Position numbers and translations under genes: made by a program. A stretch of DNA of 64,000 bases, taken from an uncultured Methanosarcinales archaeon. GTDB taxonomy: Archaea > Nanobdellota > Nanobdellia > Woesearchaeales > GW2011-AR9. The stretch lies in contig CAYFJV010000002.1 in the NCBI GenBank assembly GCA_964343575.1, positions 257,585 to 321,584 of the forward strand, in the 5' to 3' direction. The notes under the pieces were generated by a model. It made no database searches and had not been told where the DNA came from. It saw only the letters and a program-made list of their open reading frames with translations. Positions 28,749-38,793 of the stretch are shown here, piece by piece. Every line of letters starts with the position of its first letter. The first letter of the stretch is position 1.

Positions 28749-29123
28749 CTATCCTAGTCTTTTCCTTAACTTTTCAGCTAGCGAGAACTCTTTGAGTTTT
28801 CTTGACTTTTCTCTTAACACAACCATTCCCATCTTCTCATATCTTGGGATTAAGTGCCAATGTACATGTTTTGCTTCATCCATATAGAGAAGGTAAACCT
28901 TCTTGACCTTGAGAACTTTGAGCATAGCAGTTCTTACTTCCTCAACAACACCCATAAGGTGTTCATACTGCTTCTTTGAAAGAAGGTGAAGGTCAGTTAC
29001 TTTTTTCTTCCAAACGATAACCACATGGCCCTTTGCTTTTGGAAAATTTGCTAAAGTAGCGTAAAGAAACTTGTCTTCATAAAAAACTGCTCCTTCTAAA
29101 GGCTCTGGAAGATCATCGGTCAT
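28749..29123 (-). CDS. HIT family nucleotide hydrolase
   Basis: KGHVVI, HVHWHLIPR histidine triad. Confidence 0.88.
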   Translation of the reverse strand: MTDDLPEPLEGAVFYEDKFLYATLANFPKAKGHVVIVWKKKVTDLHLLSKKQYEHLMGVVEEVRTAMLKVLKVKKVYLLYMDEAKHVHWHLIPRYEKMGMVVLREKSRKLKEFSLAEKLRKRLG

Positions 29124-29156
29124 AAAGAAAAAAAGAAATTTTAGATTTTAAATACT

Positions 29157-30206
29157 TTACTCAGAGCTAGCAGTGACACCAACAGCTGCTTTAAGCTCGT
29201 CTAAGCGCTCGTATTGAAGGTTACTTCCCAGAGGAGTAGCTTCAAGATAAGCAAGCACTCCATGGAAAGGACCATTTTGTGCATCCCTCCAATAAGCAAG
29301 ATCTCCTTCTAGATTAGCTCCTTCATCTAGTCCTTGGTGGAACATTCCAAGGTAACGTATGCCTTCTTCATTCTCGCCAAGAGCGAAATGAACTCGTGCT
29401 AAATGCAAATTATTTGCGTTAACTTCTCTTTCATTTCCTATGCTTGGAAGAACACTTCTTGCGTCAAGGTAAGTATCTCTTGCTCTTTCCATTACCCTTC
29501 TCTTCTCTCTTTCTTCTCCGCTAGCAGTTAAAAGAAGCACTGCTCCTAAATCTGTATAAGCTTGACATTGATCGTGGTGGCCTCTGGTTTTTAGTGTGTA
29601 GTCGAGATTTTCTTCTAAGATTTCAATGAGTTCTTCTGTGCCAGCTGGTTCGCTTACCCTTAGAGCAACTCTTGAGAGGATGCTCACTGTTCTTGCGTAG
29701 AGGGCGGCATCATCTTGCCTTTGTGCATCAAAACCACCCAACTCTCTACAATAGTTTGCAGCTGCCATTAAATGGTCATAAGCTCTTTCTGGATCGCTGT
29801 TCTCAAAGAAAAGACCTGTTTCGCAATTTACTTTTCCTTGTGCATAACTTGCTTCTGGAGCAATTCTTAATGCAAGACTAAGATCAACTCTTGCGTCTCT
29901 TTGGTAGGCATCTCCTCTCAGGCGGTTAGCATCTGCTCGGTTAACTAAAGTTAGTGCAGCCCAATCGTCAGTGAGACCAGGAGTGTCTAAAGCGGTATTG
30001 TAATGATCAATTGCACTTGAGAGTTGTCCTGTAAGGCGATCAAAGAACCCTCTTCTATTTATGATTCGAGCTAAGTGATCAGCTTGATACTCTCCAGAAT
30101 TGATCGCTTTGGTGAGTGCTCCTTTTGCAGCCGGTTTTCTTCCTGCATTAAAGTGTTCGTTCGCTTGGGAAATTTCTAATAAGGTATCTTCAAGAGTTTT
30201 AGCCAT
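29157..30206 (-). CDS. TPR-like alpha-helical repeat protein, unknown function
   Basis: Ala/Leu-rich helical repeats (AIDHYNTAL, QAYTDLGAVL, HLARVHFALGENEEGIRYL); own TATA (ATATTTAAAT on -) upstream. Confidence 0.6.
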   Translation of the reverse strand: MAKTLEDTLLEISQANEHFNAGRKPAAKGALTKAINSGEYQADHLARIINRRGFFDRLTGQLSSAIDHYNTALDTPGLTDDWAALTLVNRADANRLRGDAYQRDARVDLSLALRIAPEASYAQGKVNCETGLFFENSDPERAYDHLMAAANYCRELGGFDAQRQDDAALYARTVSILSRVALRVSEPAGTEELIEILEENLDYTLKTRGHHDQCQAYTDLGAVLLLTASGEEREKRRVMERARDTYLDARSVLPSIGNEREVNANNLHLARVHFALGENEEGIRYLGMFHQGLDEGANLEGDLAYWRDAQNGPFHGVLAYLEATPLGSNLQYERLDELKAAVGVTASSE

Positions 30207-30301
30207 GCTTCTGCATCGATAAACTCCATTTAAATATTTTGTGCAGAACTATTACTGAAATATGGATCCTTTTTTGTTTTTGGTGGCAAAAAAGCAAATT
30301 T

Positions 30302-31564
30302 TTACTTTTCTTTATCTTCAAAACCTCTTCCAATAAGAGTGTACTTCTTACTTTGGCCAGTTGTTACTGGTTTTGTAAGCTCAAAATTGCACACTTGTTC
30401 GGTGAGTTCTAGCCTTGCTTGTTCGATGTTTGAATCATTCTTGTGGTTTAGGATTGAATCTTTGAGTTTCCAAGTATTTGTTTGCTCATTGAATTCCCAA
30501 ATTTTCGGATTACGGTGAAGGTTGATGAAATGATAAAAACCCCTTTTGGTCATAGCCATCCAATCCAAAAAAAGCTGTAAGGTTTCTGGTTCTTTGTTTT
30601 GAAAGGCTTCAACAAGAGCAATTCCTTGTTCTCGTGTCATTCTTTTGAGGCGAATTTCTCTACAAGCATGGTCTGTTACTTTTCCATAGCCCCACTTAAG
30701 AAATTTAATGTAATCATGAATGTCCGAGTAATGGAAGCAATCAATGTCATTGTAGGTATCAAAGGTGCGCTTTTGCTTTGCAGTTTTATAATTGTAAAGT
30801 TTAATCATTAACTCGTGCTGTTTTTTTGAATCCCAACGGACATAATTGTTCAGATAGATCCCTCGTACTCCCACTTTTTCAATCTCTTTATCATGAGGAT
30901 ACATGAAAGCTTTGAGATCTTCTTCTTTAAGGAACATGGAATCAGAGATAAGATCTTCTGCCTCGAAACCTATAAGATCATGCTCTTTGCGATATTTTCT
31001 AGTCATTTCAACTTCGTCGAGATGAGAGAACATTCCTACTTGGTCACAGCCCTGGTGAGCCCCCCAAATGATAAGTGGAATTTTAAAGCGAACGGCAACC
31101 TGTACTGGGAAGACGGTTTGTCCTGCGATACAGTGCCAGTACATACTTCCCATCTCTCGAAGTGTTGCTCTGGTAATTTTCTTTACTTTTTCTGGATCTA
31201 CAGTAAGATAAATGATGTCGCAGTCAAGTTCAGTTCTGAGATTGGAAAGGTTTCTAATCCCTTCTTTGGTGTTATACTGTTTGTTGTAGCTTACAAGAAG
31301 CGGGTTCATTCCATAAACTTTCTTAATCATATGTACAATAAAGTAAGAGTCTTTCCCCCCACTTACTGGAATAATACAATCATAATTATTACCTGACTTG
31401 TTTTTGTAAGTTGCTAAGATCTTTTTGAGCTTTTGCTCACGCTCTGCCCAATTGATCTGGTCTTTTTCTTCATGAATGCGACAGCCACTACAAATGCCTT
31501 GTTCATCAAAGGTGATATTTAGGGGGTGGTTTTCTGGGTAGAGGCAACGTTTACAGTATTTCAT
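30302..31564 (-). CDS. N-acetyl sugar amidotransferase (WbuX/PseA/PtmG family), copy 1
   Basis: MKYCKRC..P, CSGC, YDCIIPVSGGKDS PP-loop, KWGYGKVTD.ACREIR. Confidence 0.9.
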   Translation of the reverse strand: MKYCKRCLYPENHPLNITFDEQGICSGCRIHEEKDQINWAEREQKLKKILATYKNKSGNNYDCIIPVSGGKDSYFIVHMIKKVYGMNPLLVSYNKQYNTKEGIRNLSNLRTELDCDIIYLTVDPEKVKKITRATLREMGSMYWHCIAGQTVFPVQVAVRFKIPLIIWGAHQGCDQVGMFSHLDEVEMTRKYRKEHDLIGFEAEDLISDSMFLKEEDLKAFMYPHDKEIEKVGVRGIYLNNYVRWDSKKQHELMIKLYNYKTAKQKRTFDTYNDIDCFHYSDIHDYIKFLKWGYGKVTDHACREIRLKRMTREQGIALVEAFQNKEPETLQLFLDWMAMTKRGFYHFINLHRNPKIWEFNEQTNTWKLKDSILNHKNDSNIEQARLELTEQVCNFELTKPVTTGQSKKYTLIGRGFEDKEK

Positions 31565-31622
31565 TGTGATTTTCCTTCTGTTTGTTGTATTTTTTCCTTG
31601 TTTCTTTGTTTTTTCAGCTTGC

Positions 31623-32507
31623 TCAAATTTTTTCTTTTGGCTGATACTCAAAGCGTAATTTTTCTAAATAATCCTCTTTCTTTTTACTTATTCTTCCATC
31701 TTCACCGAAGGGGAAGTTATCATAAGTAGCGTAGCTATCTAACCTAATGCTATCTCTTGGAAGCTCCGGGTTTCTTTTGAGATAGGCTTTAGTTGTTGTT
31801 GCACAATGTTCAGTGAAATGAAAATAATTGCCTGCTGCAACCGCACTTGTTTTTGTTTCTTTGATTGCTTTTGTAAAATGTTTGGGATGACCAACTCCAC
31901 CGCAAGCGATGACTGGGATAGAGACAGCTTCTGTTACTTGTTTTATGAGCTCAAGATCGTAGCCTTGTTTTGAACCATCTTGGTCAATAGAATTGAGGAA
32001 AATCTCTCCTGCACCCCTTCGTTCAGCTTCTTTTGCCCAGGAGATGGGAGCAAGTCTAGTTGGAAGCTTTCCTCCATTGGAAAAGATTTCGTACTCCCCT
32101 TGAGCATTCTTTTTAACATCAATAGAAACGATAATACACTGACTGCCAAGAACCTTTGCTCCCTGAGTAATAAGATTTGGGTTTTTTATTGCTGCTGTGT
32201 TTATCGCAATTTTATCTGCTCCATTACGAATCAGTTCTTTCATTTGCTCTACTGTGTTGATACCTCCTCCAACAGTCAAAGGAACAAAACACTTTTTTGA
32301 ACAACGTTTAATGAGTTCATAATTTGGACCACGATTTTCTCTTGTTGCATGCATATCTACAAGAACTATTTCATCTATCCCCCACTGATTAAGGAATTCT
32401 ATTGCAATTTCTGGTTTTCCAACAGGCAAGTAGTGTTTGAAGTTTATGCTTTGTACTACGATCTCTCCTTTTAGGGTGAGGGTTGCTATAAGTCTTGTTT
32501 TAGACAT
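31623..32507 (-). CDS. hisF: HisF-like cyclase paralogue (WbuZ type) for amidotransfer
   Basis: PLTVGGGI, GAGEIFLNSIDQDGSKQGYD, PVIACGG; embedded in the amidotransferase operon. Confidence 0.85.
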   Translation of the reverse strand: MSKTRLIATLTLKGEIVVQSINFKHYLPVGKPEIAIEFLNQWGIDEIVLVDMHATRENRGPNYELIKRCSKKCFVPLTVGGGINTVEQMKELIRNGADKIAINTAAIKNPNLITQGAKVLGSQCIIVSIDVKKNAQGEYEIFSNGGKLPTRLAPISWAKEAERRGAGEIFLNSIDQDGSKQGYDLELIKQVTEAVSIPVIACGGVGHPKHFTKAIKETKTSAVAAGNYFHFTEHCATTTKAYLKRNPELPRDSIRLDSYATYDNFPFGEDGRISKKKEDYLEKLRFEYQPKEKI

Positions 32508-33216
32508 GCGTATTTTCTCCTAAAGTTATATTTTGTTGCTGCTCTGTCAACTTTCCTTTCTCTTCTTTTTGTTCTTCCTTTCCTTTAATGTAGTTGAAGA
32601 AACTTCGATAGAGCCTTAAACCGTGGTTCTGACTTTTTTCAGGGTGAAATTGTACTCCAAAGATATTGTCTTGCTGCACCGCCGCAGTAATAGTTTCTCC
32701 ATAAGTACATGTTGCAGCGATTGCTTCTTGGGAACAAAGAAAATGGTAACTATGGTCGAAATAAAAATGACAATCTTCTTTTGCATTTGTAAAAAGAGGA
32801 GAGCTCTTCTTGATGTTAAGGGTGTTCCAACCCACATGCGGTACCCTAACGCCATTCGCTTTGATTTTAATGACTTCTCCTTTGATAAGGCCAAGACCTT
32901 GGTGAAATCCATCTTCTTCTGAACTTTCAGCAAGCACTTGCATGCCTAAACAGATACCTAAGATTGGTTTTTTGTGAACAAGCACTTGCTCTTTGAGTAA
33001 ATCAATGATGCCAAGATCTGTTAAGTTTTTCATAGCTTCAGCAAAGGCGCCAACTCCAGGAAGAATATAGGCGTCAGCTTCAATAATATCTTCCTTTTTG
33101 TTTGAGACTTTGAAGGTGTAACCTAGAAAAGCAAGAGCATTCATGATAGAGAGATGATTTCCCACATAGTAATCAATGATAAGGATGTCCTTTTTCTTTA
33201 ATCCGTTTCTTGACAT
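32500..33216 (-). CDS. hisH: HisH-like glutaminase paralogue (WbuY type)
   Basis: ILPGVGAF, LGICLGMQ, PHVGWN, GVQFHPEKS. Confidence 0.88.
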   Translation of the reverse strand: MSRNGLKKKDILIIDYYVGNHLSIMNALAFLGYTFKVSNKKEDIIEADAYILPGVGAFAEAMKNLTDLGIIDLLKEQVLVHKKPILGICLGMQVLAESSEEDGFHQGLGLIKGEVIKIKANGVRVPHVGWNTLNIKKSSPLFTNAKEDCHFYFDHSYHFLCSQEAIAATCTYGETITAAVQQDNIFGVQFHPEKSQNHGLRLYRSFFNYIKGKEEQKEEKGKLTEQQQNITLGENTHV

Positions 33217-33267
33217 TTTATTCCTCTCTTCTGCTCCTTTCTCTTTTTGTGCTGGCTTTTAGTTCTC

Positions 33268-34383
33268 TTAGTTTAGTTCATATTTGAGTTTCCACTTATC
33301 TTGTTCGTCTTTTTCCCAGATGTCCCTGTTTCGGTAGCTTTCTACAACTTCCCAGAACTTTTCTTCAGTGATTTCAAGGTACTCACAGAACTTAAGAATA
33401 TACTTTCTGGCGCATTTTCCATCGTATTTTTTGACAAGTTCAATCCCTTCTTCTCTAGTCATCCTTCCAAAACGAATTTCTTCACAAACATCATCGGTGA
33501 CTTTTCCAAAGCCAAATTTGATCTGTTTTATCATTTGGTTAACAAAGACGAAATCTTCATCTAGAGATTCAAAGGTGTGTAAGGTTCCCATGTTTTTCAT
33601 ACTATCGTCTCTGATCTCAAGCCCATGGCTAATTGAGACTTTTGCATTGTCTTTTTTGCTCCAATCTCGAATGAAATAACCAAGGTACACTAGTTTAAGA
33701 TTTGCTCTTTCCATCTCCTCATCAGAAGGATAATAATGCCAAAGGATGTCTCTTTTTTGAATTTCATCATTGAGTAAGACCTCTGGACCACTTGCGATGG
33801 TGTTCCCTTTTTTCATGTTACTTCCATCCCAATTGAGTGTTCCTGAACCAAGGTCCCCAAGCTGGGCAGCGGGATTTTCCCCCCAGAGAATGAGTGGGAT
33901 TTGATAGGCAATGGCAAGTTTTGGAACGCTTGCAAAAAGTGGCATTTCAGTTGACTTGAAAATATTTCCATATTTGAGAAAACCCTCTTTCATCATTTTT
34001 TTCCAGGTTTGTGGTTTTGGCCCAATACAAATAGTATCAAAGCCGAGACTAATCATGTTTGCAACATTGTCTGCCCCACGCTCAGTTTGTTGTTCAGGAG
34101 GGTAGACACAAGAAACCAGAAGGGGATTAAGTCCAAGTTTATGCTTTACGAAGAGAGCTTGCCTGGTGCTGTCCTTTCCACCACTTACTCCAATAATGCA
34201 GTCGTAGCCAGAAACATTGTGTTTTTTTCCAAAAGAGATGATCTCTTTGAGCTCTTCAGCCCTTGCGTCCCAATCAACATCCCTGAGCTTTTCTGCGTAT
34301 CTACAAGCTGGGCAGACACCTTCGTCATCAAATTTGATGGAAGGCCTGGTATCTGGTTGTACGCATTTCTTGCAAAACCTCAT
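33268..34383 (-). CDS. N-acetyl sugar amidotransferase (WbuX/PseA/PtmG family), copy 2
   Basis: MRFCKKCVQPDTRP, CPAC, YDCIIGVSGGKDS, KFGFGKVTD. Confidence 0.9.
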   Translation of the reverse strand: MRFCKKCVQPDTRPSIKFDDEGVCPACRYAEKLRDVDWDARAEELKEIISFGKKHNVSGYDCIIGVSGGKDSTRQALFVKHKLGLNPLLVSCVYPPEQQTERGADNVANMISLGFDTICIGPKPQTWKKMMKEGFLKYGNIFKSTEMPLFASVPKLAIAYQIPLILWGENPAAQLGDLGSGTLNWDGSNMKKGNTIASGPEVLLNDEIQKRDILWHYYPSDEEMERANLKLVYLGYFIRDWSKKDNAKVSISHGLEIRDDSMKNMGTLHTFESLDEDFVFVNQMIKQIKFGFGKVTDDVCEEIRFGRMTREEGIELVKKYDGKCARKYILKFCEYLEITEEKFWEVVESYRNRDIWEKDEQDKWKLKYELN

Positions 34384-34402
34384 ACATTTTAGCTTCGAGA
34401 GG

Positions 34403-34420
34403 GCTCTTAAAAAGCTTATG
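34403..34420 (-). promoter_or_regulatory. BRE-TATA promoter; exact 18-mer repeat of 42527-42544
   Basis: On - strand reads CATAAGCTTTTTAAGAGC, just upstream of the ATG at 34383. Confidence 0.6.
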
Positions 34421-34487
34421 AATCTGGGCTTTTGAACCCTTCAGATTCACCATTACAATTATATAACTCCTCTCCTTACCTGAGCTC

Positions 34488-35081
34488 ATGGCATCCTTTT
34501 TTTCGTGGGCTCTTTTCCTTCTTGTTTTGTTTGGGATGGTTGCTTTTTTCTTTTCAAATGAAGGGGGATCTGAGGATCAAGCGTTATTCACAGATGTTGT
34601 TGCAGGGCCCTCGGAAGAGCAAGAAGATTTAGATTTGTACGACCCATTAGTGCTTGAGAAAAACATCTTTGACTTTCTTTGGGGAATTCATGAACTTCAC
34701 TTGGTAAGCGGAGATTCAGGGGAATATTTTTTGGTAGATGAAGAGAACTACTACAAGATAAGGGATCAGCTTTTTGTTCTTTATCTTTCTGCGGGAGAGA
34801 AAGATCTTGGGAGTGTTTCAAGTGTAGATGGACAGAGTGTTTGGTGGAAGGAAGATGCTAAGTTTTCTGTAGGAGTAATTGAGCATAATATCCTTTCTTT
34901 CGCTCTTGAACTAGAGGGGTTGCGCTCTTCAAGCGAAGCTGATGATGGTTTGATGTATATCCATAAGGCAGAGTATTCCAAGTTGAAAGCAGAAATGTAT
35001 GCACTCTATATCCCGAATTGGGAGATTTACAATAAAGAATATGAAGAAGGCAATACGCAATTCATCGCCCCTATATCTTAG
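34488..35081 (+). CDS. Hypothetical N-terminally anchored or secreted acidic protein
   Basis: N-terminal hydrophobic helix followed by an acidic domain; TTATATAA about 28 nt upstream. Confidence 0.65.
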   Translation: MASFFSWALFLLVLFGMVAFFFSNEGGSEDQALFTDVVAGPSEEQEDLDLYDPLVLEKNIFDFLWGIHELHLVSGDSGEYFLVDEENYYKIRDQLFVLYLSAGEKDLGSVSSVDGQSVWWKEDAKFSVGVIEHNILSFALELEGLRSSSEADDGLMYIHKAEYSKLKAEMYALYIPNWEIYNKEYEEGNTQFIAPIS

Positions 35082-35087
35082 CTTTTT

Positions 35088-36722
35088 TTAGCAAGAATAT
35101 GCGGTAACCATTACTTTTCCTTTATCAATGAAGCTTTCTTCTAATTTGCAGTCTGCGTTGCCGAGCACTTCTCTTACCCTTTGTTCTTCAGGAATGTTAG
35201 GAAACTCCTTGAGAAGAATGAGGTCTCCTTCTTCTATGAATGATTCTTCTAACAATTCTGCTAGAAGGCCAGTATAGACAAATTGTTCTTCTAGTTGATA
35301 GTTTGGTCTAATATGGTAGAACATTCCTTCATCATTGGAAAGAATTCTTCCCTTTGGGTCGTTTGTTTCAATGTATTCTTTTGCTAGTTGATTAGCTAAA
35401 TCGTTGCTTGGCTGTGTTGGATGAAATGCATATTCAGTGACCAGGAAGAGGTTTAATGAAAGAGAAAGGATTAGGAAGATGGAAAACAATTGTTTTTTTC
35501 TCTCTTGGTCTTTCAGGAAGAGACAAGCTAAAATGAAAATGTAGCATAATCCAAAGATGAGAACGAGAGAGAGCATAGAGACACTCATATTTGGGCCAGA
35601 GGGTGCTGTGTAGTAAAAAGCAAAGCTAAGCTTTCCTGCAAGAAGCTTATTAAGGTAGCTTGCTACCTCTCTGCTCGTATATTTTATTGGAAGTAAGTTT
35701 AGTAAAAAGAGGATGGCAAAGGAGATGGGCAATAAAGGGAGATATTTTTTGAGTGATTGTAAAGTGATCTTATGTCTTTCTATCAGGATTCCTCCCATGA
35801 TGGCCATACAAGGGATGATGCTCATGAAGTAGCGACTAAAATCTCTTCTTGCAACCAGAAAACCAAAGAAAATGAAATAGATGAGAAACCAAACCTTAAG
35901 AATACTAAGGTCTTGGTTTGATTCTTCTTTCTTTGAGAAAAAAGTAAGGAGAACAAAGCCAATGAGAAGGGGAGTTGCCCAAAAGAAAAGCATGAGTGGG
36001 GAAAGCAAGCTTGTGTTGAGTTCAATGAGCCCTTGCCCATAGACATAGATCTTCATGAAATAGGGCTTGTTGATCAGGAAAAGGAAAAGATTCACTGAGA
36101 AGAAAATAAGTGAGGAGACAATTGCAGGGATGGTAAATTTTTTTATGATTTTTTTAATGCTTCTTGTCTTGTAAAGATAATGAGCAAGAAGCACCCAGAG
36201 CATGACAACTCCATTTGATTTGCTGAGTAAAGAAAGCGCAATTGCTACGCCTAAAAGATAAAGATATTTTTCTTCTTTTGTTTTTTCATGGAGAATGTAA
36301 AAATAGAGCATAAAGAGGTTGAAGGTGAGAAGAATTGCACCTTCTATCCCTGGGATTAGTGAGGCTAAGACGTGATAAAAACTGATGGCCATTATCCCTG
36401 TGGACCAAAAAGCTACTTTTTTGCCATACATCTCTTTTGCTATAAAAAAAGTAAGTAATGTACTTATGATTGAGAAGAAGAGTGGAACAATTCTAAGTGC
36501 TAAGAAACTTTCTCCAATGAACTGGAAGAAAAACTGGTTAATCCACATGGAAAGTGGAGGGAAGGGCTCAAGAGGGGCTGTTTGGGAAGTTACATCCCCA
36601 AAGATTGTCCGAAAGGCCCACCAGGAATTATCGTCATAGGGTGTTGTATCCAAAGCCCAAATACGAATAAAGAGCAAAAGGAGAACAAGTCCTAGGAGTA
36701 AAAAGGTCTCTTTTCTTTTCAT
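35088..36722 (-). CDS. GT-C fold glycosyltransferase (ArnT/PMT_2-like)
   Basis: YDD after TM1, PPL, LALRIVP, IAKEMYGKKVA, LLSK, RYFMSIIP. Confidence 0.78.
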   Translation of the reverse strand: MKRKETFLLLGLVLLLLFIRIWALDTTPYDDNSWWAFRTIFGDVTSQTAPLEPFPPLSMWINQFFFQFIGESFLALRIVPLFFSIISTLLTFFIAKEMYGKKVAFWSTGIMAISFYHVLASLIPGIEGAILLTFNLFMLYFYILHEKTKEEKYLYLLGVAIALSLLSKSNGVVMLWVLLAHYLYKTRSIKKIIKKFTIPAIVSSLIFFSVNLFLFLINKPYFMKIYVYGQGLIELNTSLLSPLMLFFWATPLLIGFVLLTFFSKKEESNQDLSILKVWFLIYFIFFGFLVARRDFSRYFMSIIPCMAIMGGILIERHKITLQSLKKYLPLLPISFAILFLLNLLPIKYTSREVASYLNKLLAGKLSFAFYYTAPSGPNMSVSMLSLVLIFGLCYIFILACLFLKDQERKKQLFSIFLILSLSLNLFLVTEYAFHPTQPSNDLANQLAKEYIETNDPKGRILSNDEGMFYHIRPNYQLEEQFVYTGLLAELLEESFIEEGDLILLKEFPNIPEEQRVREVLGNADCKLEESFIDKGKVMVTAYSC

Positions 36723-36877
36723 TTTTAGAGAAGAGAAAACCCAAATCTTGCTTTATAACCTTTATGGAAGAGAAAATAAGGGGAACTAGGAGGAAAGTGA
36801 AAGGAGAAAAAGCCAAAGAATAAAACTGAAATAAAGGAAAATAAAGAAATAGTTTGCTGCTTATCAAAACTGAAAAA

Positions 36878-37552
36878 CTAGATCTTTGCAGCATCATCCA
36901 AAAACATCTTTACTGTTTCTTTTGAATAAGGGTGTACAATCATGCCTGTGAGGAATTTTGGAGCGACTGTTACGATGTGGGCTCCTGCTCCGAGCCACTC
37001 TACCACATTGAGTACTTCTCTTGTTGAGCCCATAATAATTTTTGCTTTAAGATCAAAGTCTTCAAGAAGCTTTCTAATTTTTTGGATTTCTTCAATACAA
37101 TTGTAACCCATGTTGTTTACTCTTCCACCAAACAAAGAGACATAGCTTGCTCCTGCCATTGCAGCCAAAAGGCATTGCTGCGCACTCATCATTGCAGTAA
37201 CATTCACTCGGACATTGTGTTTGTTCTCAAGTTCGTTGATAATCCTAAGGTTATCTAACTCTCCATTTGGCCCATGGATGGTAACTTTGATGTTTATATT
37301 ATCAGAGAGTCTTGAAAATTCAAGAGCTTGCCTTATCATTTCTTCTGGCTCGTTGGAAGTTACTTCCACTGAGAGAGGTAGTGGGTGAATCAATCTTGCG
37401 ATCTCTGTTGTTCTTTGCTTGATCCCTTCTATTCCTCCCCGAACACCATTTTTTAGTAAGATGCTTGGGTTGGTAGTAACTCCTCTAATAATGCCAAATT
37501 CTAAGTATTTTTTAATCTCATTAATATCTCCTGTGTCAAGAAAAATTGCCAT
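36878..37552 (-). CDS. Transaldolase / fructose-6-phosphate aldolase family
   Basis: IFLDTGD, RGVTTNPSIL, SVEV, NIKV (Schiff-base Lys), NVTA, YVSLFGGRV. Confidence 0.88.
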   Translation of the reverse strand: MAIFLDTGDINEIKKYLEFGIIRGVTTNPSILLKNGVRGGIEGIKQRTTEIARLIHPLPLSVEVTSNEPEEMIRQALEFSRLSDNINIKVTIHGPNGELDNLRIINELENKHNVRVNVTAMMSAQQCLLAAMAGASYVSLFGGRVNNMGYNCIEEIQKIRKLLEDFDLKAKIIMGSTREVLNVVEWLGAGAHIVTVAPKFLTGMIVHPYSKETVKMFLDDAAKI

Positions 37553-37607
37553 TGTATTCACCTTTTCATGTTTGATTTTTTATTTTTAACTTCATTCGTG
37601 TTTTGTT

Positions 37608-38069
37608 TTAGTTTCGTTCATGTTTTGCTTCCCAACAAAAATTGATCTGTTCACTCGCTTCTTTGTAATAAGCAGTTGGCTTGAAGTTCGAGTTTGGGCT
37701 ATGGAACATGGTGAGTGTTACCATCTCCTTGTATTTTGAAAGGGTTTTTCCGCTTCTTGTACAATCATCAACCACAAGAGTATCTCTTGTGAGTCTCTCT
37801 GGACTGGTGATGAGAGGAAGTCCTGTAAGATATGCTAATTTCACTCCCAAGCAGAGCCCTCCTTTTGGAATTGCGAAAATAGCATCAAAAGTTCTTCCTT
37901 CTTTCTCTTGGATCTCTCCGATTGCTTGAAAAAGGTGGCTCACTGCTTCCTCAAACATCTTCCAGGAAACAAAGAGTCGATCCTCGATGTTTATCTCATC
38001 AAAGAGAGCATACTCTTCGATGTTTTGTGCAATGATCTTATTGACCTTCTTTCTCTCAGTAGGTAACAT
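37608..38069 (-). CDS. Type I phosphoribosyltransferase-like protein
   Basis: AIPKGGL, LVVDDCTRSGKTL (PRPP-binding loop), FCWE. Confidence 0.75.
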   Translation of the reverse strand: MLPTERKKVNKIIAQNIEEYALFDEINIEDRLFVSWKMFEEAVSHLFQAIGEIQEKEGRTFDAIFAIPKGGLCLGVKLAYLTGLPLITSPERLTRDTLVVDDCTRSGKTLSKYKEMVTLTMFHSPNSNFKPTAYYKEASEQINFCWEAKHERN

Positions 38070-38730
38070 CGTGCTTTTGTTGCGCTTGAAATTGCTTACT
38101 TTGTTCTTGATAGTTTGCAATCATGTGCTTTAATCTGAAAATGATCAAGTGCTGAATGTCTGCGTGGAAACCTTCAGTAAGTGGTGTTGATTCTTTTGGA
38201 ACAATCACACAAGCATCGCAGAGATCTTTGAACGCTCCCCCATCAAAGCCACTAAGTCCAACGCATTTTCCACCATTCTCCTTTACATACTGCATAGCAT
38301 AGGTAAGGTTCTGTGACCACTCGCCTGCGTTTCCTTTTCCACTCCCGCCATGTACGCTGATTCCTAGAACTACATCTCCTGGCTCCATGAAATTTTCAAT
38401 CTGGCCTTTGAAGACGGATCTCCAGCCCTCGTCATTGGTCCATGCTGAAACAACAGGGGTGTTATCTACCAAACTGATTGCTTTGAATCTTTTCTTTCCT
38501 GGAGCCATAGTCGTTTTAGAAAGATCTGCGGCAAAATGTGATGCGTGTGAAGCAGAACCTCCACAACCCATAAGGTAAACTCTTTTGTTGTTTTTCCAAG
38601 CTTCAAAAAGGATGTCGATTGCTTTTGCAATTTCTTCTTTGTTTACTTTTTTAGTAATGTCTCTTATTTCTTCCATGTAATTCTCAATGTAATCATGGTG
38701 GTATTGAAAATCAGTTCGTAGTTCGTCCAT
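38056..38730 (-). CDS. gmhA: Phosphoheptose isomerase (SIS domain)
   Basis: GCGGSASHASHFAADL, SAWTND, PGDVVLGIS, GFDGG, EGFH. Confidence 0.8.
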   Translation of the reverse strand: MDELRTDFQYHHDYIENYMEEIRDITKKVNKEEIAKAIDILFEAWKNNKRVYLMGCGGSASHASHFAADLSKTTMAPGKKRFKAISLVDNTPVVSAWTNDEGWRSVFKGQIENFMEPGDVVLGISVHGGSGKGNAGEWSQNLTYAMQYVKENGGKCVGLSGFDGGAFKDLCDACVIVPKESTPLTEGFHADIQHLIIFRLKHMIANYQEQSKQFQAQQKHDVTY

Positions 38731-38793
38731 TTTTTCTTCCTCGTAATTTTCTGTTTTTGTCTTTATTATGATTCTTTTTATTTCCTCAATCTT

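Noticed and set aside
31623..33216. hisF/hisH as histidine biosynthesis genes
   Set aside because: They are sandwiched between two N-acetyl-sugar amidotransferases with no other his genes nearby; this fits the WbuXYZ-type ammonia-supply role.
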